Source of the DNA: Bacillota bacterium
Lineage (GTDB): Bacteria; Bacillota_I; Bacilli_A; RF39; UBA660
Length of the DNA: 64,000 nt
Assembly (NCBI GenBank): GCA_015059335.1
Contig: SVAP01000001.1
Span: 158 to 64,157, forward strand
Direction of reading: 5' to 3'
Shown: positions 8,397 through 18,668 of the stretch, one piece after another
How the letters are laid out: every line of letters starts with the position of its first letter
Position numbering within the stretch: the stretch's first letter is position 1
Notes under the pieces: generated by a model
Told to the model about the DNA's origin: nothing
The model's input: only the letters and a program-made list of their open reading frames with translations
Databases searched by the model: none
Made by a program: the position numbers and the translations under genes

Positions 8397-8918
8397 ATGA
8401 TATATATTGTTAGACATGGTCAAACTGATTATAACAAAAATGGTAGATATGCGGGAAGAATTGATGTTCCGTTAAATGATATTGGAAGAGATCAAGCAAA
8501 AATAGTAAAAGAAAAATTAAAAGATATAAAATTTGATAAAATCTTTTGTTCTCCTCTTGTTAGAGCATATGAAACCGCTCAAATTATAAGTGATAATAAT
8601 ATTATTAAAGATGATAGAATAATCGAGAGAAGTAATGGAGATTTAGAGGGTAAATTAAAAACAGAAATAAATGAAAACATAGATTTTAATGATCCAGAGG
8701 AGCAAAGATTCAATATAGAATCTATTATTGATTTTAGAAAAAGAATAAAAGATTTTTTTGATGAAATTACAACTTTATATAAAGATAAGAATGTACTGGT
8801 CGTAACTCATGCGGGAGTGGGTATTTATTCAAGGTGTTATTTTGAAGGAGAACCACTTGATAAAGATTTCAGAAAATACAAAATAAAGAATTGTGAAATA
8901 ATAAAATATGATAATTAA
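8397..8918 (+). CDS. Histidine phosphatase (phosphoglycerate mutase family)
   Basis: RHGQT motif, 'SPLVRAYETA', 'VVTHAG'. Confidence 0.9.
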   Translation: MIYIVRHGQTDYNKNGRYAGRIDVPLNDIGRDQAKIVKEKLKDIKFDKIFCSPLVRAYETAQIISDNNIIKDDRIIERSNGDLEGKLKTEINENIDFNDPEEQRFNIESIIDFRKRIKDFFDEITTLYKDKNVLVVTHAGVGIYSRCYFEGEPLDKDFRKYKIKNCEIIKYDN

Positions 8919-9010
8919 AAATTATAACTATAATAAGTAGGTAGTTAAATATACAATTTATAAAACAAAGTCTATTACATTGTAATAGACTTTTAATTTT
9001 AAATAAACTT

Positions 9011-9087
9011 AAAATAACAAACGTTATTTTATTGTTGACATATATTATGTGTTGTGGTAATATATTAAATAACAAATGTTATTTAAT
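9011..9087 (+). promoter_or_regulatory. Sigma-A promoter flanked by two palindromic TetR-type operators
   Basis: AAAATAAC-AAAC-GTTATTTT (9011-9030), TTGACA (9035), TAATAT (9058), ATTAAATAACA-AA-TGTTATTTAAT (9064-9087). Confidence 0.75.
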
Positions 9088-9102
9088 GCTAAGGGAGGAA
9101 AT

Positions 9103-9648
9103 ATGCCTAGAAAAGAGAAGTTTTCAAAAGAAGATTTAATAAAAGGAGGAGTTGACTTTGTAAGAAAGAACGGAATTGAACAGTTAAATGCACGAAATTT
9201 AGCAGAATTTATTGGGTGTTCAACCCAACCAATATTTAGAAACTATACAAATATTGAAGAATATAAAAATGATTTAAAAAAAGCACTGCACGAAAATTAC
9301 AAACAATTTATACATGAAAATACTGATAAAAATAATTATTGTATATCTGTTTGTTATGCATATGCACTATATGCTAAAACTGAACCCAACATATTTAAAG
9401 CATTATTTATAACATCATTAGCTGGTTCTAGAACAATTAATGAGGTTATTAATAGTCCATGGAATATAGAAACTATAAGTCATGTAATAAACAGTTATAA
9501 CACAAGTAAGGAAAAAGCCGAAAAAATATATAGAGATATACGTTTTTATACTCATGGTATCGCAACACAAATATCATGTAATAGTATTATATTGAACGAA
9601 GAAGAATTATATAGTTTAATAGAAGATATGTTAAAAAAATTATTATAG
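9103..9648 (+). CDS. TetR/AcrR-family regulator
   Basis: 'NARNLAEFIGCSTQPIFRNY' HTH; RBS GGGAGG. Confidence 0.9.
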   Translation: MPRKEKFSKEDLIKGGVDFVRKNGIEQLNARNLAEFIGCSTQPIFRNYTNIEEYKNDLKKALHENYKQFIHENTDKNNYCISVCYAYALYAKTEPNIFKALFITSLAGSRTINEVINSPWNIETISHVINSYNTSKEKAEKIYRDIRFYTHGIATQISCNSIILNEEELYSLIEDMLKKLL

Positions 9649-9663
9649 AAATGGAGTGTTATT

Positions 9664-10170
9664 ATGACTTTAAAAGATTTAGAAAAGAAAAATGAAAATA
9701 TTAATCTTGATAATTATATTGAATTTAGGGAATATGTTAAATTACATATGGAACATCCAGAATGGCTTGGTGATTTTACTAAAGAAGATTTAGAAACAAT
9801 GATTAAAACTAATTCTAAGATTTGGATATATTATTTAAATCAAGAAGAAGTATGTTCTATGATGTTAATACCTGCTACTAAAGAAGCATTAGAAAAATTT
9901 GACATAAATTTGGATTATAATGATGTAGTAGATTATGGACCTATGATGGTGAACCCAAAGTTTGTTGGACATGGGCTACAATATCAAATGTTACAAGAAA
10001 TAGATAAGTATAGTATAAAACATAATTATAAATATGCAGTAGGAACAATTCATCCGGATAATATATATTCAATAAGAAATCTATTAAAAGATGAATTTGA
10101 ATTAGTAAATTATAAAGAATTTAAACGAGGACCAAGAAATATATATATGAAAAAACTAACTAGAAATTAG
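9664..10170 (+). CDS. GNAT-family acetyltransferase
   Basis: 'VNPKFVGHGLQ' acetyl-CoA motif; 'HPDNIYSIRNLLK'. Confidence 0.85.
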   Translation: MTLKDLEKKNENINLDNYIEFREYVKLHMEHPEWLGDFTKEDLETMIKTNSKIWIYYLNQEEVCSMMLIPATKEALEKFDINLDYNDVVDYGPMMVNPKFVGHGLQYQMLQEIDKYSIKHNYKYAVGTIHPDNIYSIRNLLKDEFELVNYKEFKRGPRNIYMKKLTRN

Positions 10171-10297
10171 ATTTTATAATACCTAAAATCTAATTTCTTT
10201 ATTTTATCATTAAAACCAATTGTTACCGTCAAAAATAAAATGTTTGATAAAAAAACAGTTTCGTGATAGAATACTCTCAAACAAAAAGAGGGATATT

Positions 10298-12157
10298 ATG
10301 TCAAAAGTAGATTTTAGTAAGAAAATGTCAACTATTATAGAGAATAAAATTGATGCATTAGAAAACTTAAATTATAATGAGTTTTTGAAAAAAGATGATT
10401 ATTTTGAATTAGCGCTATGTCTAGCTTATTTAACTTTATCAAAAGAAAAAATAATTGATAAAGAACTTAAAAATCCTAGAAGATTAGATAGATTAAAAAA
10501 ACATGTTCCTACAATAGATATTGATGCACTATTTAGTCAAGGATTTTCTGATAAAATGCCTATAATTTCCAACTCAAAAGAGGATAATAATTTATGGATT
10601 TTAGATAATATAAGAGACTCAATTATGCATGAAATGCTTGAAATTGATGAAATTAAAAAATGTTTAGTTATTAAGAATGACTATTATGATAGAGATTTGG
10701 AATGTGAAATACCTTTTTCATGGATTGTTGATTATGCAAAATATGATATATTGGGCAAAAAAATATCTAACAAATACACATTTAAAGGTTTTTATTACAA
10801 TAAAAACAAGAAAAACTATTCATATTTAAATACAAAAAAAGAAATATTAAACACTATTTTATATAGTGTGAATATTACTGGAAACAAATTCAATATAAAA
10901 AAAATTGAAAAAAGAATAGCAGAAATATTTAAAGAATGTAGTTTAAATAATATAGATGAAAAAATCATAAAAAAATATAAAAATCAAATCAATATTAATA
11001 AAAAACATTATAATGAAAAATATTTAATATCGTTTTATTATGCGGCTGATACAGTTAAAAATAAAATAAGTCAAGAATTTCCAGATATAACATTAGATAT
11101 TTATATTAACGAAAGAAAAAATAATTTAATAAATCAAGCATCTAGAAAATTAGCTAATTATTATACAAGTTATGATTTACTATGTAGCGGATTAAATGAA
11201 TTAATAAAACCAAAGGGAATTATACTTTTAAATTATTTAACTTCTATTATAGAAAATTTAGGTAGTGGTGTAAAAGATATAAATACTACTACTAAAGAGA
11301 AAATGTGTTTAATTAATTCAATTTTAACTAATGAAAAAAAACAATATAGTTCTTTAAATGATATTTATAATGAATTTTATAGGACATTAAATATATTAAG
11401 AATGATATGTATAAATACTTATGGCATATGTACGTTAGTAATTAATAATAGTCATTTATATAAAAAATATTATGAAAAAAGTAATAATGATATATTAGAA
11501 TCATGCACAATTGCATATACAAATCAAGATTATTTAGAAAACGCAAAAAAACGAAAAAAAATAATTTTAGATATATTGGAACAAGAAATAAAATTATTTG
11601 AAAAACAAACACAATTAAATAAATGTACTAATATAAAAGGCGCAGTTAGTTTAAAAATATGTATCAATTCAATTTTAAATAATAAAAATCTATTAGAACA
11701 ACAATTGTGTGATTTAGAAAAAAATATAAATTTTGTGCCATATATTAATTATAACAATTACAATTCAGAAAGAATTAATGAAATATCTTCTACAATAAAC
11801 AATTACTTCAATCATTTTTTTAAATGTCAAACAGTAAAAGGAAAGAAAAAAGTAAAAAAAGTAATTAGCAAAATACTGGATATAAAAATAGAAGAAGAAA
11901 CAAAATATATATATAGATATTGTAATAATTCAAATGAAGTTATTGAAATTATAAGAAACTGTTTATCACATATAGGGAGAATAAATATTATACAAGATGA
12001 TTACAACGAAGCAAAAGTAATATTTAATGATTATGATAATAATCATATTCATTCAGGAACTGTTGTTATGCCGTATAAACAATTTATAAAAGTATTAAAT
12101 TATCCATTATCAAAAACTGATGAAAACAAAAATTTAAAAACATTAACAATTAAATAA
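10298..12157 (+). CDS. 619-aa protein with two HEPN-like RxxxxH motifs (putative dual-HEPN RNase)
   Basis: 'NIRDSIMH' (R106/H111) and 'IIRNCLSH' (R553/H558); own promoter TTGATA-17-TAGAAT, RBS and terminator. Confidence 0.6.
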   Translation: MSKVDFSKKMSTIIENKIDALENLNYNEFLKKDDYFELALCLAYLTLSKEKIIDKELKNPRRLDRLKKHVPTIDIDALFSQGFSDKMPIISNSKEDNNLWILDNIRDSIMHEMLEIDEIKKCLVIKNDYYDRDLECEIPFSWIVDYAKYDILGKKISNKYTFKGFYYNKNKKNYSYLNTKKEILNTILYSVNITGNKFNIKKIEKRIAEIFKECSLNNIDEKIIKKYKNQININKKHYNEKYLISFYYAADTVKNKISQEFPDITLDIYINERKNNLINQASRKLANYYTSYDLLCSGLNELIKPKGIILLNYLTSIIENLGSGVKDINTTTKEKMCLINSILTNEKKQYSSLNDIYNEFYRTLNILRMICINTYGICTLVINNSHLYKKYYEKSNNDILESCTIAYTNQDYLENAKKRKKIILDILEQEIKLFEKQTQLNKCTNIKGAVSLKICINSILNNKNLLEQQLCDLEKNINFVPYINYNNYNSERINEISSTINNYFNHFFKCQTVKGKKKVKKVISKILDIKIEEETKYIYRYCNNSNEVIEIIRNCLSHIGRINIIQDDYNEAKVIFNDYDNNHIHSGTVVMPYKQFIKVLNYPLSKTDENKNLKTLTIK

Positions 12158-12265
12158 TTATAAACGTAAACAAAGAAATAGTTGTGTTATATTTCTTTGT
12201 TTTGTTGTTTTTAAAAAAGTAATAATATGGTATAATTTATATAGAAAAAATTAAGGAGAATCGTT

Positions 12266-13358
12266 ATGGATACAAAAGAACAAAAAAATATTTTGAATTT
12301 TTACAAGGAAAAAGTTTTAGAACTTTGGAGGTCGCTTTGAAGCAGATAAAAAACTAAAGGAAATTGAAGAGTTAGAGAAAGAAACTTTAAAGCCAAATTT
12401 TTGGAATGATACAAAGTATAGCGAAGAAGTAATATCAAAAATTAATCAAGTGAAATCAAAAGTAAATAATATTAAAGAATTAAAAGAAAAAATCGATAAT
12501 AATTTGGATATAATTGATTTAGTTGATGATAATGAAATGTTGGAATTAATTGATAATGATATTTTAGAAATTAAAAAATTATATGAAACTGTAGAACTAG
12601 AATTATTACTAAACGGACCATATGATTCAAACAATTGCATATTGGAAATTCATTCAGGAGCTGGGGGTACAGAAAGTTGTGATTGGGCTAATATGCTTTA
12701 TAGAATGTATCAAAGATATGCAGAGCAAAATAATTATAAAACTGAAGTTATTGATTTAGTTGATGGTGATGAAGCAGGAATTAAAAGTGTATATTTTTTA
12801 ATCAAAGGTGAAAATGCATATGGATATCTAAAAAGTGAGAAAGGCGTTCATAGATTAGTTAGAATATCTCCGTTTGACTCTAACAGTAGAAGACATACAT
12901 CATTTGCATCTGTAGAAGTAACTCCGGAAATAAATAATGATATTGAAATTGAAATTAAAGAAAGTGATTTAAAAGTTGATGTGTATAGAAGTAGTGGTGC
13001 TGGTGGACAACATGTTAATACAACAGATTCTGCAGTTCGTATAACACATATTCCTACTAAAATAGTAGTAACATGTCAAAATGAAAGAAGTCAAATTAAA
13101 AATAGAGAAACAGCTATGAAAGTTCTAAAAAGTAAATTAGCATTGTTAGAATTAGAAAAACAAGAATCTGAACTTAGTAAAATTAAAGGAGTTCAAATGG
13201 CCAATGAATTTGGTTCACAAATAAGAAGTTATGTAATGCATCCATATTCAATGGTTAAAGATCATAGAACAAATACAGAAACTAGTAATGTTAGTAAAGT
13301 ACTAGATGGTGATTTAGAAATGTTTATTAATTCATATTTAAAAATGGAGGTAAAATAA
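12266..13358 (+). CDS. prfB: Peptide chain release factor 2 with programmed +1 frameshift
   Basis: SPF and GGQ motifs; short ORF from ATG 12266 ends GGAGG-TCG-CTT-TGA (CTT 12335, TGA 12338); +1 frame stays open to 13358. Confidence 0.97.
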
Positions 13359-14245
13359 TGTTTTTATTTAAAAAGAAAAACACTGAAAATATATTAAAAT
13401 TAATTTATCAAAAATCTAAATTCAAAAGATATTCACAATTTTTAATTGGTGTATTAATTGTTGCAGCAGCTTTTAACATTTTAATATTACCGTTAAATAT
13501 AATATATGGAATAAGTGGTGTAGGTGTAATATTTAAATATATTTTCGGTACAGATCCATCATTAGTTATCTTTATAGGATCTGTTCTATTATTAATTCTT
13601 AGTTTTATATTACTTGGAGTTGAAGATACTAAACATACTATATTAGGTTCGTTGTTGTACCCAATATTTGTAAAGTTAACTGAACCCCTAATTCAGTTTG
13701 TTGAATTAGGTAATCCAGACCCATTAATTTTAACAATATTTGGGGCGTTAATAACAGGATTTGGATTAGGACTTATTTTTAAAGCAGGATTTACTACTGG
13801 TGGTACTGACATATTAAATGCAATCGTTTCTAAATATTTTAAAATGTCATTAGGAAATGCAATGTTTCTAACAGATGGAGCAATTATTTTATGTGGTGGA
13901 TTTGTTTTTGGATGGGAAACAGTAATGTACTCATTAATCGCATTATATATAATTAGTATTTTGACAGATAAAGTAGTACTTGGTATCTCACAAAGCAAAG
14001 CATTTTATATAGTAACATCAGAACCAGAAAACGTTAAAGACTTTATATTAACAAATATTAGTCATGGTGTTACAGTAATAGATGCTAGAGGAGGATACAC
14101 AAATGACAAACAAAAGATGTTACTTTGTGTTGTACCAACTAATGCATACTTTAAACTAAAAGAAGGAATTCATTATATTGATGAAAGTGCATTCTTTGTT
14201 GTTACAGATGCATATGAAACATCAGGTGGAAGTGTAAATGATTAG
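13358..14245 (+). CDS. YitT-family membrane protein
   Basis: Multiple TM segments; 'TTGGTDIL'; C-terminal DUF2179-like 'GVTVIDARGGYT...IDESAFFVV'. Confidence 0.9.
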   Translation: MFLFKKKNTENILKLIYQKSKFKRYSQFLIGVLIVAAAFNILILPLNIIYGISGVGVIFKYIFGTDPSLVIFIGSVLLLILSFILLGVEDTKHTILGSLLYPIFVKLTEPLIQFVELGNPDPLILTIFGALITGFGLGLIFKAGFTTGGTDILNAIVSKYFKMSLGNAMFLTDGAIILCGGFVFGWETVMYSLIALYIISILTDKVVLGISQSKAFYIVTSEPENVKDFILTNISHGVTVIDARGGYTNDKQKMLLCVVPTNAYFKLKEGIHYIDESAFFVVTDAYETSGGSVND

Positions 14246-14316
14246 AAATAGACAATTTTTGTCTATTTTTTTTATATATAATCGTGATATAATAATGAGT
14301 AGTTGGTGATGTAGTA

Positions 14317-15633
14317 ATGAAAAATTGTATTATAGTAATTATAGCGAAGTTTATAACATTTATTTTAAAATTACTTGGAAAAAATGCAGGTACAGTACCT
14401 GGTAGAATTGCTTTAAAATTAAATAAAAATATTAGAGACTATATTAAGATTGATGGGAAGTTAATAGTTATAACAGGAACAAATGGTAAAACAACAACAA
14501 CAAACATGATTTACGAAATCTTGAGAAAATCAAATAAAAAAGTAGTATGTAATATTGGTGGCAATAATATTGGTTGGGGAATAACTACTACATTATTAAA
14601 ATCATGTAATATATTTGGTAAAATAAAAGCGGATTATATAGTATTAGAAACTGACGAACATTGGATACCAGTATTATATACAAATGCAAATCTAAAAATT
14701 GATACATTAATTATTTTAAATCTTTTTAATGATCAATTAGATAGAACTGGTGAAGTTGATACAATAATATCAAAGATTGGAAAAATCCTTAAAAATTATA
14801 AAGGAAATTTAATTTTAAATGGTAATGATCCAAATGTTGTTAGATTAGGTTTAATGAACACTAAAGGTAAAAATTATTATTATGGTTCTAAAAAATTAAA
14901 AACGTCATATACAGATTCAACAGAAAGTATTATATGTCCTATATGTAAGGAAACATTAGAGTATGAATTTTATCAATATTCTCATATAGGAAAATTTATA
15001 TGTCCAAAGTGTGAATTTGGCAAAATAAATTATTATAACGAACTATCAAAAATAGATGTTAATGATTTTTATATTGGAAAAGATAAATATACAACTAACA
15101 ATCCTAATTTATATAATATTTATAATCTTTTAGCTATTATCACTTTATCTAACATATATAATTTAGATAAAGATATAGTAAATGATATTTTTACTAATTA
15201 CGCTTCAAAAGATGGCAGATATCAAAAATTTAATATTAATAATAAAGAATGTATTTTAAATCTTGGTAAAAATCCTACGGGGTTTAATGTTATATTAAAT
15301 AATATAAAAAAAGATAAAGATAATAAAGAGTTATTAATTTTAATTAATGATAAAATAAATGATGGTAAAGATGTATCATGGATTTGGGGAATAGATTTTA
15401 ATAATATGAATTCATTTAATAGAATAATATGTTCAGGTACAAGAGCATACGATATTGCTATAACTCTAAAATGTAATAATTATGATAAAAATAAAATTAT
15501 TGTAGAACATGATATTGATAAATCTATTAATAAACTATTAGAAACTGATAGTAAAAAATATATAATTTCTAATTATTCTCCTCTAACTAAAACTAAAGAA
15601 ATATTAGAACAACTTGAAAAAGGTGATAAATAA
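14317..15633 (+). CDS. murT: Lipid II isoglutaminyl synthase subunit MurT
   Basis: Mur ligase 'GTNGKTTT', 'DQLDR', zinc-ribbon CPxC pairs, DUF1727 'KNPTG...DGKDVSWIW'. Confidence 0.9.
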   Translation: MKNCIIVIIAKFITFILKLLGKNAGTVPGRIALKLNKNIRDYIKIDGKLIVITGTNGKTTTTNMIYEILRKSNKKVVCNIGGNNIGWGITTTLLKSCNIFGKIKADYIVLETDEHWIPVLYTNANLKIDTLIILNLFNDQLDRTGEVDTIISKIGKILKNYKGNLILNGNDPNVVRLGLMNTKGKNYYYGSKKLKTSYTDSTESIICPICKETLEYEFYQYSHIGKFICPKCEFGKINYYNELSKIDVNDFYIGKDKYTTNNPNLYNIYNLLAIITLSNIYNLDKDIVNDIFTNYASKDGRYQKFNINNKECILNLGKNPTGFNVILNNIKKDKDNKELLILINDKINDGKDVSWIWGIDFNNMNSFNRIICSGTRAYDIAITLKCNNYDKNKIIVEHDIDKSINKLLETDSKKYIISNYSPLTKTKEILEQLEKGDK

Positions 15634-16379
15634 TGAATTTAAATGTTTTATGTTTATATCCTAATGTAATGGATTTATATGGTGATAATGCTAATATTGA
15701 TATATTAAAATATAGAGCAAAACAAAGAAATATAGACATCAATATAGATACATATACTATTGGTGATGAAGAGCCTAATTTTTATGAATATGATTTAGTA
15801 TTTTTAGGTGGTGGATCAGATACTGAACAAAAAGTTGTCGCAAAAGATATTATCAAATATCAAAAACAAATTGAAAGATCTATTAATAAAGGAATATTTT
15901 ATTTATTGGTTTGTGGTGGCTTTCAATTGTTTGGAAAATATTACAAAGACTCTGAAAATAAAGTGATAAAAGGACTAAATATATTTAATTATTATACAGA
16001 AACCTCTTCTACAAAAAACGAAAAGTGTATAGGTGATATAGTTATAGAAAGTGTGGTTGATAATCACAAAATAGAATTAGTCGGTTTTGAAAATCACGGT
16101 GGACAAACCTTTGGAATAGATACACCACTAGGAAAAGTAAGATATGGTAATGGGAATTCCTTTAAAAATGAATATGAAGGTTTTATGAAAGAAAATGTAA
16201 TTGGTACATATCTTCATGGACCTTTACTATCAAAAAACCCTGAACTTGCAGACTATATATTAAAATATTGTTTAGAAAGAAAATACAACAAAAAAGTTAA
16301 TTTGAAAAAAATTGATGATGAATTTGAAAATATTGCTAAAAAAGAAATGTTAGATAAATTACTTGTTCGTAATATCTAA
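15633..16379 (+). CDS. gatD: Glutamine amidotransferase subunit GatD
   Basis: 'LYGDNAN', 'CGGFQL', 'FENHGG', 'YLHGPLLSKNP'; coupled to murT. Confidence 0.92.
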   Translation: MNLNVLCLYPNVMDLYGDNANIDILKYRAKQRNIDINIDTYTIGDEEPNFYEYDLVFLGGGSDTEQKVVAKDIIKYQKQIERSINKGIFYLLVCGGFQLFGKYYKDSENKVIKGLNIFNYYTETSSTKNEKCIGDIVIESVVDNHKIELVGFENHGGQTFGIDTPLGKVRYGNGNSFKNEYEGFMKENVIGTYLHGPLLSKNPELADYILKYCLERKYNKKVNLKKIDDEFENIAKKEMLDKLLVRNI

Positions 16380-17024
16380 CATTCTTTTTTCTACTATATC
16401 TTTATATAATGTTTCTAATGAAAATATATAATTATCAAATATCATTTTCTTTTCAATAATTTCTTCTATTCTATTTTCATACCAAATAATTTTTTCTTCC
16501 ATATTTATGTTATTAGGAATAACATCAGTTTTATTATCAAATTTCTCACTATTTATAAAAATAATAATTTTACTATATTTGCTTTTTATTTTATTATATT
16601 GCATAGTTATTTTTCTATCTTTAAGTTCTTTCCTTAGTAATTCAACTTTTTTATCTATTTCCTTAATTCTACTCATTAATGTTTTAGTATTAGTTTGTTC
16701 AAGTAAAAAATTATATTCCTTAGTAAGATAAAGAAGTTTTCTCTTTTCTTCGCTTTTATCATATTCTTCTTTTTGACTATTAATTTTAATAAGTAACTTT
16801 TTCTCGCTAATTATTTTTTCTTTTAATGAGTTTTTAAGATCTTGATATTTTAAATATATAATATCTAAGTCTTTGTTTTTGTTTTCTAATTTGCAAATAT
16901 TTTTAATTATATTTTCCTCAAGTTTAAATAATGACCCAATATCCAAATGTTCTAAATTGTTATTGTTGATTTCGTCAAATCTAGAAAAATCTGAAGAATT
17001 TTTTAATAAATAATTTATATCCAT
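16359..17024 (-). CDS. Hypothetical coiled-coil protein
   Basis: 221-aa ORF rich in K/E/L heptads; upstream GGTGA. Confidence 0.6.
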   Translation of the reverse strand: MDINYLLKNSSDFSRFDEINNNNLEHLDIGSLFKLEENIIKNICKLENKNKDLDIIYLKYQDLKNSLKEKIISEKKLLIKINSQKEEYDKSEEKRKLLYLTKEYNFLLEQTNTKTLMSRIKEIDKKVELLRKELKDRKITMQYNKIKSKYSKIIIFINSEKFDNKTDVIPNNINMEEKIIWYENRIEEIIEKKMIFDNYIFSLETLYKDIVEKRMLDITNK

Positions 17025-17187
17025 AAGTTATCACCAAGTATATATTACATGAGGAATGTGTTGTAAAATGTAGAATTTGGATAACAAAGATAATGTTTTT
17101 AAAATAAAATTACAGAAATTTATAAACTGATGCAGAATATTATTTAAAAATAACTTTAACTGTGATAAAATATAGGGGATAAAGGAC

Positions 17188-18621
17188 GTGAAAAAAATGA
17201 ATAAAGTAAGAACAAGATTTGCACCATCACCAACTGGATATATGCATGTTGGTAATTTAAGAACAGCAATATTTGAATATTTACTTGCAAAACATGATGG
17301 TGGTAGTTTCATATTAAGGATAGAAGATACAGATCAAACTAGAAAAGTAGATGGAGCAATAGATTTTATCTACAATACATTAGAACTATGTAATATTAAA
17401 ATTGATGAGGGACCAAACAATAAAGGAGAATATGGACCTTATACTCAAAGTGAAAGATTACCATTGTATAAAGAGTATGCTGAAAAACTAGTAGAAATTG
17501 GTAAGGCATATTATTGTTTTTGTAGTGAAGAAAGATTAGAAAATTTAAGAAAAGAAGCAGATGAAAAAAAGATTGCTTTTCTTTATGATGGACATTGTAA
17601 AAATTTAACAAAAGAAGAAATAGAAGAAAAAATAAATAATGGAGAAAAATATGTAATTAGACAATTAATGCCAAAAGAAGGTATTAGTGTTTATAATGAT
17701 TTAGTTTATGGTGAAATAAAAGTAGAAAATAAATTATTAGAAGATCAAATATTATTAAAATCAGATGGTTATCCAACATATAACTTTGCAAATGTAATTG
17801 ATGATCATTTAATGAATATTACACATGTAATAAGAGGTAACGAATATGTAATGTCTACACCAAAATATAACTTATTATACGAAGCATTTGGATGGGACAA
17901 ACCAACATATATTCATGTTTCAATGGTGTTAGGTGAAGATGGACAAAAATTAAGTAAACGTAATGGTGATGCATCATTTATGGACTTATATAATGATGGA
18001 TATTTACCAGAAGCAGTTGTTAACTATTTAGCGCTTCTAGGATGGAGTCCAGAAACTAATGATGAAATATTTGATATGGACACATTAATAAAAATATTCG
18101 ATCCAAAAAGAATTAGTAAATCACCATCGATATTTGATATTAAAAAACTTAATTGGATTAACTCACATTACATTAAAAATTTAGATATTGATGAACTACT
18201 AAAAATAACAGTTCCACATTTAAAAGAAGCATATGATTTAAATAATAAAACAGAAGAATGGATTAAAGAATTAGTATCGATTTATCAAAACCATATTAGT
18301 TATGGTAAAGAAATAGTAGAAGTTACTGATTTATTCTTCCAAGATACTAAAGAATTAGATGAAGAATGTAAAGAATTTATGACATCTGAAGGAATTGATA
18401 ATACAATTAAAGTTTTTGCAGAAGAAATAGAAAGTATTGAAGATTGGACTATAGAAAACATTAACAATGCAATAATGAACACAAAAGATAAAAGTGGCGC
18501 AAAAGGTAAAATGCTTTATATGCCAATAAGAATTAAAGTTTCTTATCAAATGCATGGTCCAGAACTACCTAATACAATTCACTTATTAGGAAAAGAAACT
18601 GTATTAAATAGATTAAAATAA
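17188..18621 (+). CDS. gltX: Glutamate-tRNA ligase
   Basis: 'RFAPSPTG.MHVGN' and KLSKR. Confidence 0.97.
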   Translation: MKKMNKVRTRFAPSPTGYMHVGNLRTAIFEYLLAKHDGGSFILRIEDTDQTRKVDGAIDFIYNTLELCNIKIDEGPNNKGEYGPYTQSERLPLYKEYAEKLVEIGKAYYCFCSEERLENLRKEADEKKIAFLYDGHCKNLTKEEIEEKINNGEKYVIRQLMPKEGISVYNDLVYGEIKVENKLLEDQILLKSDGYPTYNFANVIDDHLMNITHVIRGNEYVMSTPKYNLLYEAFGWDKPTYIHVSMVLGEDGQKLSKRNGDASFMDLYNDGYLPEAVVNYLALLGWSPETNDEIFDMDTLIKIFDPKRISKSPSIFDIKKLNWINSHYIKNLDIDELLKITVPHLKEAYDLNNKTEEWIKELVSIYQNHISYGKEIVEVTDLFFQDTKELDEECKEFMTSEGIDNTIKVFAEEIESIEDWTIENINNAIMNTKDKSGAKGKMLYMPIRIKVSYQMHGPELPNTIHLLGKETVLNRLK

Positions 18622-18668
18622 CATATTTTAAACACAATTTAGTAATATACTTTAAGAGAGGTGAAATA

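Noticed and set aside
10170-12265. CRISPR array or guide RNA flanking the dual-HEPN gene
   Set aside because: Flanks are short and explained by terminators and promoters; no repeat-spacer pattern is visible, so the protein is not called Cas13
17030-17190. T-box leader before gltX/cysS
   Set aside because: No T-box consensus or terminator/antiterminator visible
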